A stretch of 64,000 nucleotides of DNA, taken from the IMG/VR virus record IMGVR_UViG_3300010367_000168, positions 1 to 64,000 of that record; one strand, given 5' to 3'. Position numbers and translations under genes: made by a program. A model generated the notes under the pieces. That model was not told the origin of the DNA. It ran no database searches and saw only the letters and a list, made by a program, of their open reading frames with translations. This stretch comes from a virus. Below are positions 35,770 through 43,202 of the stretch, one piece after another; the first letter of the stretch is position 1; the number at the start of each line of letters is the position of its first letter.

Positions 35770-36269
35770 TGGATTCGGAGGACGCGCGGCTCATTGCGGC
35801 GGCGGCCGAGGATTCGGTCGTGCCCTGCGGCTCGTGCCATGCATGTTGCCATAGCCCCGTTGAGGTGCAGCCCCACCGCGGCGACGACCCGGCCCTCTAC
35901 GAGCTTGCGGTCAACATGGATATGTCGGCGCCGAACCGCCACACCATGATCACGCTCAACCGCAAGCCGGATGGCTCCTGCTACGCGCTGAAGAACGGCC
36001 GCTGCACAATTTGGGACAAGCGTCCCGTGATCTGTCGCGCCTTCGACTGCCGGAAGCTCTTCGCCATGCACACCAAGGAGGAGCGCCGGACGCTGGTCGA
36101 GCTGAAGTATTTCAAGCAGGCCATCTTCGACGCCGGGCGCAAGCGATGGTCCACCCTGCTTGATGCCGAGGCTCTGCGCGCCGCCTGCAAGCGGGTGGGA
36201 TATGGCCGGATGGCCCTGGAGTTCATGGAGCGCCGCCGTGGCGTGGCGCCGAAAGGACCGAGATCATGA
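35769..36269 (+). CDS. YkgJ-family cysteine-cluster (CxxCxxCC) protein
   Basis: CGSCHACCHS ... CYALKNGRCTIWDKRPVICRAFDC. TGATG overlap at 35767-35771 (alternative ATG 35739). Confidence 0.6.
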   Translation: MDSEDARLIAAAAEDSVVPCGSCHACCHSPVEVQPHRGDDPALYELAVNMDMSAPNRHTMITLNRKPDGSCYALKNGRCTIWDKRPVICRAFDCRKLFAMHTKEERRTLVELKYFKQAIFDAGRKRWSTLLDAEALRAACKRVGYGRMALEFMERRRGVAPKGPRS

Positions 36270-36598
36270 GCGAAGCCGTCCACGCCGACGATCTGCGCGA
36301 CACGTTCCTCCAGGTGCTCGCTGCCTATGCCCATTATTGGGCGACCCTGGAGGGCAAGACCCCGCACGAGCGGTGCAACGGGCTCGCCTTCTCGATGCTG
36401 GCCATGATCGACGGCAGCAACATGTCGCTGCCGTCCTTTGACCTAGTCGCCCGGCCCCATCCCGACGACAAGCCCCTCCTCCAGGCGGAGGGGAGCGATT
36501 GGATCGAGGACGGGACGATCATCAGCGATGGCGGCCTCCACGAGGTTTGGCGCCGATACGAGATCCCCGCCGCGCCGGACGAGGACACCAAGCCATGA
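36266..36598 (+). CDS. hypothetical protein (110 aa)
   Basis: ORF track, start/stop overlap. Confidence 0.5.
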   Translation: MSEAVHADDLRDTFLQVLAAYAHYWATLEGKTPHERCNGLAFSMLAMIDGSNMSLPSFDLVARPHPDDKPLLQAEGSDWIEDGTIISDGGLHEVWRRYEIPAAPDEDTKP

Positions 36599-36672
36599 CC
36601 GGGACCGAGCGGGCCATCGTGATCATCATCTGCGCGTTCTTCGGCTTCATGGCCGTGCTCGTCCTTTCGTGA
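36595..36672 (+). CDS. 25-aa hydrophobic micro-protein candidate
   Basis: Hand translation MTGTERAIVIIICAFFGFMAVLVLS. ATGA overlap with the upstream stop. Confidence 0.3.
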   Translation: MTGTERAIVIIICAFFGFMAVLVLS

Positions 36673-36692
36673 CCCACCAAGGAGACCAAGCG

Positions 36693-36974
36693 ATGTCAGA
36701 TGATGAACCGCAGATCGCCGAGGACATGAAGCGGGCCATGGAAATGGTCGGCGATCGGCAGAAGTTCTTCCGGATGCTGGACGCTCTCACCGCGGCCACG
36801 GATTTTCTGCACGGGCACGGCTGGGCCCGCTTCGGCGTGGTCATGCGCAAGGGCTCGCACGAGGTCGTGCTGACTCTTGATGGCGCGATTCAAGCGAGTG
36901 CCTCGTGTGCGGACGCCGACCTCCCGCAGGAGATCCATCAGCTCGCGGCCACGGGACGCCGGCACGATGCGTGA
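36693..36974 (+). CDS. hypothetical protein (93 aa)
   Basis: AAGGAG RBS before ATG 36693. Confidence 0.5.
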   Translation: MSDDEPQIAEDMKRAMEMVGDRQKFFRMLDALTAATDFLHGHGWARFGVVMRKGSHEVVLTLDGAIQASASCADADLPQEIHQLAATGRRHDA

Positions 36975-37191
36975 CCCGACCGAGGAGCCACCGCTGATCA
37001 ACACATTCGTCGAGGACATGCTTGCTCACGCCACCAGCGAGACGGAACGAACGCAGATGCTCGCGGCGATGATGACGATCTGTGCCGAGTACATGGCCCG
37101 CGAGATAGGGCGCAGCAGGACCCGCCACGCCCTCCTCGGCCTGGACGCCTTCATCCGCAACGCGCAGCCGGCGCGGCCCTGGGAGGAATGA
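36967..37191 (+). CDS. hypothetical protein (74 aa)
   Basis: Internal ATG overlapping the upstream gene end. Confidence 0.45.
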   Translation: MRDPTEEPPLINTFVEDMLAHATSETERTQMLAAMMTICAEYMAREIGRSRTRHALLGLDAFIRNAQPARPWEE

Positions 37192-37192
37192 C

Positions 37193-37546
37193 ATGGGCTG
37201 GAAACTCGATAGGGTTCGGCAATGTGCCAAGTGCCCGTGGAAGGTGTCGACCAATCCCTACGAGATCCCGAACGGATACGAAGTCGAGCTGCATCGGGAC
37301 CTCGCCTCGACCATAGCTCGGCCTGGCGATCTGTCCGCGGCAACCGGCGAGCGGCACGTCATGGCCTGCCACGAGCACCCGCCGGGCCAAGAAGCATACT
37401 GCGTCGGGTGGCTGATGAATCAGCTCGGGCCCGGCAACAACATCGGCCTGCGGGTCAAAATGATCGGCTGCGAAAACATCGGCGACGTTCAGCTTGACGG
37501 GCAGCAGCATCGCCGGTTCGAGGACACCCTGCCGAAGGGGAGATGA
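37193..37546 (+). CDS. DUF6283-like Cys-rich protein
   Basis: CAKCPW..NPYEIPNGY....MACHEHP....CVGWL matches my recollection of the DUF6283 pattern. Confidence 0.45.
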   Translation: MGWKLDRVRQCAKCPWKVSTNPYEIPNGYEVELHRDLASTIARPGDLSAATGERHVMACHEHPPGQEAYCVGWLMNQLGPGNNIGLRVKMIGCENIGDVQLDGQQHRRFEDTLPKGR

Positions 37547-37749
37547 GCATGGACGAAGACGATTTCGATGATCGCGCCCGAGCATTCCTCGCCGAGCTTC
37601 GAAGGATCAGTCTCAAGCACCGCGTGATGATTGGCGGCTGCGGCTGCCTCGGTTCGCCCTGGCTTGGCGGCATCACGAAGAAGAAGTTGAAGACGGGGAA
37701 AAGTCGGTACGCGATCGACCCTGATTTCACGAACCTCAAGTGGGAGTGA
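37543..37749 (+). CDS. hypothetical protein (68 aa)
   Basis: ORF track. Confidence 0.45.
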   Translation: MSMDEDDFDDRARAFLAELRRISLKHRVMIGGCGCLGSPWLGGITKKKLKTGKSRYAIDPDFTNLKWE

Positions 37750-37751
37750 CC

Positions 37752-37958
37752 ATGCACACGGATCGGCCGGTCCCCGGAGAGTTCACTTCTGACTGGAAGC
37801 CAACGGCAGCCGAGGCCCCGGCTTTCCGCTGCCGCGCCTGTGGCTCGGGCGATGTCTGGTATCGCCGATGGGAGTCATCCTGCGGCGGCTATGAAGATGT
37901 CATCTACCATTGCCGCAAATGTGATCGGCGGTGCTGGGTCGAAGGGGCAGACGCGTAG
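37752..37958 (+). CDS. zinc-ribbon protein (68 aa)
   Basis: CRACGSGD ... CRKCDRRC. Confidence 0.45.
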   Translation: MHTDRPVPGEFTSDWKPTAAEAPAFRCRACGSGDVWYRRWESSCGGYEDVIYHCRKCDRRCWVEGADA

Positions 37959-38342
37959 ATGGCGGGCTCGATCTCAAGGGCGGCGCCGTTCGAGCCGCGC
38001 GAATACCAGCTGCCTCGTGCGATGGAGATTGACGCCATCGTGCGTCTCGGCCGGGAGCGCGCGGAGCTGGCCCCGAGCCATCCGGCATCGGTGGTGCTCC
38101 ATGTCGCGACCCGCCTGCTGGAGGAGCTGGCGGCCGAGCGTGGGCTGCTGTCGGAGGATTGCGGTGCGCTGCCGGAACCGGCGGAGGACACCGGCCCGCG
38201 GTCGCGGATGGAGCGATTCATCAGCACCATCGAGGCCGTCTCCGATCGGTTTCTGGCCGAGGGTGCCCACCCCCCGAATCTTGCGGGCGCACTTCGGGCG
38301 GAGGCCGATAGGATCGAGCACCAGCAGCCAAGGGAGGATTGA
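37959..38342 (+). CDS. hypothetical protein (127 aa)
   Basis: ORF track. Confidence 0.5.
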   Translation: MAGSISRAAPFEPREYQLPRAMEIDAIVRLGRERAELAPSHPASVVLHVATRLLEELAAERGLLSEDCGALPEPAEDTGPRSRMERFISTIEAVSDRFLAEGAHPPNLAGALRAEADRIEHQQPRED

Positions 38343-38344
38343 GC

Positions 38345-38629
38345 GTGGCCGAGACCTTTGGCGAGCTGGGGCTACGGCCTCGCGAGACCAGCGTCATTCG
38401 GGATTGCCTGTGGGCTCGAACAGTGGTGCCCAATGGCCACTATCTGTGCAGCCCAGGGCAGATTGCATCGGCCAAGCGGCTCATCGACAAAGGGTTCATC
38501 ACCAACGTGACCAGCGAGGCGGGGATGTCCCCGAGGGTGCGTGGCGATGGCAGCGACGGTTGGCTCGTCGTGAAGATCGACGAAGCCAATATCGAGGCGA
38601 TGCGGAAGGCGGAGAGCGTCCAGAAATGA
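38345..38629 (+). CDS. hypothetical protein, tandem paralog 1
   Basis: GTG 38345 lies 6 nt after AGGGAGGA. VAETFGELGLRPRETSVIRDCL..YLCSPGQIASAKRLIDKGFI..WLVVKIDEANIEAM. Confidence 0.5.
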   Translation: MAETFGELGLRPRETSVIRDCLWARTVVPNGHYLCSPGQIASAKRLIDKGFITNVTSEAGMSPRVRGDGSDGWLVVKIDEANIEAMRKAESVQK

Positions 38630-38883
38630 CCAAGACGTTTGGCGAGCTGGGCCTTGAGCCCGGCGAAATGGACGTGATCAAAGCATGCCTGCACGCCTGG
38701 GATGTGACCCCGACCGGCTACTACCTGTGCAGTCCAAATCAGATCGCGTCGGCCGAGCGTCTGATCGCTAGGGGCTTCATCGCCGACGCGAGCGCGGAAG
38801 CCGGGCCCGCTCCCTTGGGGTGGTCGAAATGGCTCGTCGTGAAGATCGACGAGGAGAACATCGAAGCGATGAGCAGGGCTTGA
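38626..38883 (+). CDS. hypothetical protein, tandem paralog 2
   Basis: MTKTFGELGLEPGEMDVIKACL..YLCSPNQIASAERLIARGFI..WLVVKIDEENIEAM. ATGA overlap. Confidence 0.5.
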   Translation: MTKTFGELGLEPGEMDVIKACLHAWDVTPTGYYLCSPNQIASAERLIARGFIADASAEAGPAPLGWSKWLVVKIDEENIEAMSRA

Positions 38884-39021
38884 AGGGAGGGCGGGGCCGA
38901 CAAGGGTTTCCGGGGTCATCTTCACCGTTCGAGGATGTAGACCCCAGGAGCATTCGGCCCCGCGAAGATCATAGCAAAGCGGAGGGACGATCGCCATGCC
39001 GCGGTTCAACTCCGCTCTGGC

Positions 39022-39228
39022 CTACGGTTCGTCGACCGGGTCTGCGGCTTCGCTGCCTGCCTCACCGAGCACGTCTTCCTCCAGCGCGAACTCGCCCACG
39101 GTTTCATCGCCGTCCGCGATCTCGCCTTCCTTCTCGCCGCCTTCGATCCGGTCGGCCACCGCGCGCAGCAGCTCGGCGACCTTGCCCGCATCCCTGCCAA
39201 CGACATCCATGTCCAGGGCAAACGCCAT
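39022..39228 (-). CDS. highly acidic small protein (68-72 aa)
   Basis: Hand translation shows GC-rich third positions. About one third of residues are Asp/Glu. GGAGAG precedes the second ATG (39228); alternative start 39240. Confidence 0.5.
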   Translation of the reverse strand: MAFALDMDVVGRDAGKVAELLRAVADRIEGGEKEGEIADGDETVGEFALEEDVLGEAGSEAADPVDEP

Positions 39229-39297
39229 CTCGCTCTCCATCAAAGGGAAACCCGCGTCCTGCGGGCGGCATATGCTTTCCCGTTTTGAATCGGCGCG

Positions 39298-39332
39298 CAA
39301 AAGAAAACCCCGCCAGCTCGTGGCCAGCGGGG
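39298..39332 (-). terminator. minus-strand rho-independent terminator
   Basis: On the minus strand CCCCGCUGGC-CACGA-GCUGGCGGGG forms a 10-bp stem with two G-U pairs, followed by UUUUCUUUU. On the plus strand the same positions are C-A mismatches and no U-tract follows. Confidence 0.6.
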
Positions 39333-39955
39333 CTCAGTTTGGCATCCTGGCTGCGCCCAACCCGGAGAGGAATGGCGCAGTGCGACGGTGACAACCGCTA
39401 TGAAGCGCCGTCGCGAGGTGCCTCGGCGGCACCATAGCGCAGGGCGCCCGGCTTGGCCACCGGATGCGCTCGGGATGGACACCGATTCAGGGCTCACATA
39501 TGATTCCGTTGCGCCAACACGTCACGCACGAGCCGTCTTGGCCAGCCTCGGGTCTGCCACCATCGAGCCCCCCTCGTTGCCGGCGCCCGATGCGGCCGGT
39601 CCCCCTCCCGACTGCGGCTTCGACCGCCGTGGGCTCACAAGGGACCGGCCGCCCCCCAATGTTCGTCCAGCGTGTTGTGCGGGGAGTCCGCAACGGCTAT
39701 AATTGGCGCGCGAATGTTGACCCACACCATCCGCACCGGCCGGGCCGCTATCCGTCCCTTTTTGCGCGAGAGAGGCCGGGGCGGCCCGGCTACCATTCCC
39801 CCCATCATCAGAATGCCCCTGTGCCACGCACAAGTGGCGCGTCAAGGCCGTGCCACCGCCGCCGGTAGTCTCCGGGGCGGGTCCGCCTAGCAGGCGCCCT
39901 TGTGGGGCTTTGTGCGCCATAGGCGCCAATTCAGCCTGGCCGGGCCGACCTAACT
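39333..39955 (-). ncRNA. candidate structured non-coding RNA (family unknown)
   Basis: About 620 nt with no credible ORF in six frames, ending at the minus-strand terminator. Contains a perfect 12-bp long-range dyad (39592-39603 / 39641-39652) and nested hairpins. Confidence 0.25.
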
Positions 39956-40114
39956 AATTATGTGAGCTGGGTATTGACTCCGTTCGGCAGTCGCGCCCAC
40001 GCTTCGCGACTATTTAGGGGGGGCTTTTTAGTGACTGATTTCCTGTCTGCGGATGGCAGCACCACCAAACATCGCCGCTCATTCCGCCGGGCTTTCCGGA
40101 ATTGGATCTGGCCG

Positions 40115-40834
40115 ATGTTCCGCGATTTTCCACGCGAGCTTTTGCGGACGAAGCTGATCCGGTTTGGGATCAGCGCGACCCGGTTCGCGTGGTATGCGCT
40201 GCTGCTTCGCCGCATGAGGACGGCCGGCGCGACCGGCGGCGTCGCCAAGTCGACGCTCCAACACAACCTGCGCGGCATGCTCGACCTCCACGTCGAGCGG
40301 TCCGTTCGACTGATCTACCCGATCGCGATGTGGGCCGCCGCCCGGAGGACAAGCCTCGCAGATCTCAGGGTGCTCACAGTAGGGCCGCGGACCGAAGGCG
40401 AGATCTTCAACCTCGTCGCCCATGGCTTCCGTCGTGGCAACATAGTCGGTCTCGATCTGATCTCCTATTCGCCCACCATCGAGCTTGGCGACATGCACGC
40501 CATGGCATATTCGGATGCGACCTTCGATGTCGTGGTCGCCGGGTGGGTCATATCGTATTCGGACCAGAAAGACATCGCTGCCAGAGAGATCGCGCGAGTG
40601 ACGAAGCCGGGCGGGATCGTCGCCATCGGTATCGAGTGGGGCCGGAAGTCGCCAGAGGAGGTCGCAGCCGAGCGCACGGGCTATATCGTGGGGTCGGCGG
40701 TACGGCTTCGTTCAGCCCAGGCGATCCTTGACCTATTCGGCGACCGCGTCGACCGGGTGTATGCCCAAGTGGACGATCAGGACATCGCCGACGAGGAATC
40801 TGGCGATCTTCTCGTTGTCTTCCGGCTGAAATAG
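40115..40834 (+). CDS. class I SAM-dependent methyltransferase
   Basis: LRVLTVGPRTEGEIFNL..DLISYSP..DATFDVVVAGWVISY..KPGGIVAIGIEW (Methyltransf_11-like motifs I and post-I). Alternative GTG start at 40031. Confidence 0.65.
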   Translation: MFRDFPRELLRTKLIRFGISATRFAWYALLLRRMRTAGATGGVAKSTLQHNLRGMLDLHVERSVRLIYPIAMWAAARRTSLADLRVLTVGPRTEGEIFNLVAHGFRRGNIVGLDLISYSPTIELGDMHAMAYSDATFDVVVAGWVISYSDQKDIAAREIARVTKPGGIVAIGIEWGRKSPEEVAAERTGYIVGSAVRLRSAQAILDLFGDRVDRVYAQVDDQDIADEESGDLLVVFRLK

Positions 40835-40844
40835 AGACGCGGCC

Positions 40845-41000
40845 ATGTACAACTCGCAATACGATCTGAACGGCGACCCCGGCACCGCCGCCAACGAGTA
40901 TGGCTGGATGGTCCTGCTGGTGGTCGTAGCCGCCTGCCTCCTGTGCGTGCTGTTCAAGCCGAAGGCCGACCCGCGCCGCGACACGCGGGACGAGGAATAG
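40845..41000 (+). CDS. 51-aa single-TM micro-protein candidate
   Basis: Hand translation MYNSQYDLNGDPGTAANEYGWMVLLVVVAACLLCVLFKPKADPRRDTRDEE. Confidence 0.35.
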   Translation: MYNSQYDLNGDPGTAANEYGWMVLLVVVAACLLCVLFKPKADPRRDTRDEE

Positions 41001-41008
41001 GATCGCGC

Positions 41009-41248
41009 CTACGGGTGCTCATCAGCCTCCCCCCGCCAATAGGCCCTCGCCGCGCACCGGTGGCGCTGTAGGGCCTTGGCGCGTTTGGCCTGGGCCACGG
41101 CGGCCCGACGAAGCGCCTTGGCCTGTAGGGCCTTGCTGCGGCGCCGGGTGCGGTGGCGCTTGGGATGGCTGCGCTCCTGCCGATTGTCCAGGAGCGCTTG
41201 CCGGGCCTCGTCGCTACTCGGATCAGGAAACGAGCGCCGTGACATCAT
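41009..41248 (-). CDS. basic Arg/Lys-rich small protein
   Basis: ATGA overlap with the upstream gene stop. Repeated AKALQ units. Confidence 0.35.
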   Translation of the reverse strand: MMSRRSFPDPSSDEARQALLDNRQERSHPKRHRTRRRSKALQAKALRRAAVAQAKRAKALQRHRCAARAYWRGEADEHP

Positions 41249-41766
41249 TCATCCACGATGAGCAGGCTCGGGTTCGTGCCCAGCTGGCCGGCACCGAGAG
41301 CGAGCGGCAAATGCTTCTGGTAGCCGATGGCGTGGGACCAGTCGACGCGCCCGGTGTTGCGAAGCCGACGCAACGTCTCAATCGCCTCGGCGACGGTGAT
41401 GCGCTCCATGTAGGCAACGGCGCCGCTCCAGTCGAAAGCGTGGAACAGTTGGTCGGCGATGTGCTTTTTCAGCCCGAGCCATTTGGCAGCTACATACGGG
41501 ACCATTGAATCAAACGGCCAAGCGTTTTCGAGTGTCGGCCCGCTCCAGAAGCGAACCGGGTCTGCCAGCAGCGCGGCGTGCCCCGCCAAGCAGGCCACCG
41601 TGCCGCACTCGCCGTTGTCGCTGCACCACGCGGCCATATAGAACCACACTCGCTTGCCGGTCACCGGGTCGAGCCATCCGGGTTCGCCGACGTTCGGCAC
41701 AGCCTCCAGGTGCGCGATCAGCATGTCGAGGTTGGTGGTGGTCAGATTGACTGATCCATCGGGCAT
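41245..41766 (-). CDS. hypothetical protein (173 aa)
   Basis: AAGGAG RBS. The CGTVACLAGHAALL motif resembles a conserved phage family of unknown function. Confidence 0.55.
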   Translation of the reverse strand: MPDGSVNLTTTNLDMLIAHLEAVPNVGEPGWLDPVTGKRVWFYMAAWCSDNGECGTVACLAGHAALLADPVRFWSGPTLENAWPFDSMVPYVAAKWLGLKKHIADQLFHAFDWSGAVAYMERITVAEAIETLRRLRNTGRVDWSHAIGYQKHLPLALGAGQLGTNPSLLIVDE

Positions 41767-41782
41767 CACCGCTCTCCTTCGC

Positions 41783-42520
41783 CTATTCGTCTTCGGCCGT
41801 CATTGCAGCCACCATGTAATTGGTCAGATCCCTGGGGCGGGTCGGCTCGCACCTGACCTCGATCAGATCGACAGGACCGCCGGGCAGTCCGTCATCGAAG
41901 ACGCCAACGACGATGCGACCCGTGAACCAAGCGAAGGTGTCGAGATCGGTACGGCCGGCCAGCAGGATCGGGCCCTCGGCGAATTGCTCGTGCCCGTGGA
42001 CCACGTGCCGGCGACGGTGACCTCGCTCGTCGGCGGAATTGTAGAGCTTCCACAGGAGGACTTCCTCGCGCTGCTCATCGAGTGGCACCGCAGGGTCCAC
42101 GCCGGCATGGACGAAGACCCGATGCCGATCGACGTAGATCGGCGGCAGGTTGTACAGCCAACTCAGGTGCTCGTTCGGCACCACCCCAGCGTCGATCCGG
42201 CCGGTCGTCGGATGGCCATACGAAAGCAGAGTCTCGGCCCCGCCGTTGCCGATCCACCAGAGCATTTCCGCCAAGCGGCCGACGCATCGGAACATCATGT
42301 CCTCGTGGTTTCCCTTGAGGCAGACCCAGGTCCAGCCGGGCGGGGGGCCGGCCATGAGCCGGTCGATGATCTGTTTGCTCTGCGGCCCCCGGTCTACGTA
42401 GTCGCCGAGGAAAACAATCGTGCCAGGCTGACTCGCATGAGCCGCGATGGCCTCCAGCGCCGCCTCCAGGATGTCGAAGCGACCGTGCAGGTCGGCGATG
42501 GCATAGGTGACGCCGGGCAT
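41783..42520 (-). CDS. Ser/Thr protein phosphatase (lambda PPase-like metallophosphoesterase)
   Basis: YAIADLHGRFD, FLGDYVDRGP, LKGNHEDMM and VHGH motifs. GGAG RBS before ATG 42520. Confidence 0.85.
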   Translation of the reverse strand: MPGVTYAIADLHGRFDILEAALEAIAAHASQPGTIVFLGDYVDRGPQSKQIIDRLMAGPPPGWTWVCLKGNHEDMMFRCVGRLAEMLWWIGNGGAETLLSYGHPTTGRIDAGVVPNEHLSWLYNLPPIYVDRHRVFVHAGVDPAVPLDEQREEVLLWKLYNSADERGHRRRHVVHGHEQFAEGPILLAGRTDLDTFAWFTGRIVVGVFDDGLPGGPVDLIEVRCEPTRPRDLTNYMVAAMTAEDE

Positions 42521-42708
42521 TACCGCTCTCCGCGAGATCAGGGTGTGGTTCGCCAAGGGCCGGGCGCTAATCCGGCTCTATCCAACGTCACCGATATTCG
42601 GCTCATTCGAGGGCCTGTGTGCCGTGCCTCGGGCGCGTCCGCTGGACACCTTCGCTGCTGGCTGCGTGTCTGCTTTCCACACCGCCTCGGCCTCAACATC
42701 ATATCCCA

Positions 42709-42756
42709 CGCAGGGCACAGATCAATGCCCTTCGCAGGGCACAGATCAATGCCCTT
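42709..42756. repeat. perfect 24-bp tandem duplication, each unit an operator-type dyad
   Basis: CGCAGGGCACAGATCAATGCCCTT x2 read directly. Core is AGGGCAC-AGATCA-ATGCCCT. Confidence 0.9.
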
Positions 42757-42763
42757 GGCGAGC

Positions 42764-42852
42764 TGGTGGGCGCCCGAGGATTCGAACCTCTCGCGGCCGA
42801 CCCGTCTCGGATATCGCGCCGGGTTTACAGCCCGGTGACGGGAAAGGCGCCC
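42764..42852 (-). tRNA. tRNA-like gene, Tyr(GUA)-type anticodon loop, non-canonical body
   Basis: 7-8 bp acceptor stem with encoded ACCA, TTCGAAT T-loop, and anticodon arm CCGGG-CUGUAAA-CCCGG. Only ~8-10 nt lie where the D-arm should be, and a ~27-nt extra arm is present. Confidence 0.4.
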
Positions 42853-42853
42853 A

Positions 42854-42927
42854 TGGATCGGGCGGCTGGATTCGAACCAACGTTGCAGGGACCAAAGCCC
42901 CGTGTCCTACCGCTAGACGACGCCCGA
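42854..42927 (-). tRNA. tRNA-Gln(UUG)
   Basis: Manual cloverleaf of 74 nt: U1-A72 pair, D-loop AGCGGUA, anticodon loop CUUUGGU, T-arm GUUGG-UUCGAAU-CCAGC, encoded CCA. Confidence 0.8.
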
Positions 42928-42936
42928 GCGGGAGGA

Positions 42937-43025
42937 TGGCGGAGGGCGGAGGAATCGAACCCCTAGCGTTCGTCACGCTACCCCGGTTTTCGGGACCAGT
43001 TGCCGGCCATTCAGCGGCGCCCTCC
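42937..43025 (-). tRNA. tRNA-Ser(CGA)-like, class II, with C33
   Basis: 89 nt with a 6-bp variable arm UAGCGU/ACGCUA and encoded CCA. The anticodon loop CCCGAAA has C instead of the near-invariant U33. G8 and an A-C mismatch in the T stem are also unusual. Confidence 0.55.
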
Positions 43026-43026
43026 G

Positions 43027-43115
43027 TGGCGGAAGGGGAGAGGATCGAACTCTCGCGAGGACTGGCCCCGGCTACGGTCTAGCAAACCGACGCATTACCG
43101 CTCTGCCACCCTTCC
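43027..43115 (-). tRNA. tRNA-Ser(GCU), class II
   Basis: 89 nt. 3-bp D stem, anticodon loop UUGCUAG, 5-bp variable arm, perfect T-arm GAGAG-UUCGAUC-CUCUC, encoded CCA. Confidence 0.7.
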
Positions 43116-43202
43116 AAATCAGAAGGATGATCGACTCAATTGCTGTCGGTATCGCAGAGCGCGGGTCATTCGAGCGATATACCACGGCCGAGCTGACCGC
43201 GA

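Noticed and set aside
39333-39955. Known RNA families (tmRNA, RNase P RNA, group II intron, cobalamin or SAM riboswitch, retron msr/msd) and the ORFs 39388-39702, 39464-39868 and 39522-39929.
   Set aside because: I found none of the diagnostic conserved motifs: no GGUUCGA..CCA tail, no GAGGAAAGUCC, no GUGYG 5' end or domain V, no B12 box, and no adjacent RT. The ORF products are low-complexity junk. It is kept only as an unclassified candidate.
41654-42838. 394-aa plus-strand ORF spanning the phosphatase gene and the tRNA region.
   Set aside because: It lies opposite a phosphatase with all catalytic motifs, and it runs through the tandem repeat and a tRNA-like gene. It has no start context and junk composition.
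42764-43115. The tRNA cluster as a host tRNA locus marking a prophage end.
   Set aside because: Phage-type genes and the shared operator motif continue on both sides. Two members are non-canonical, and the very tight packing with encoded CCA is more consistent with a phage-borne array. Not fully excluded.
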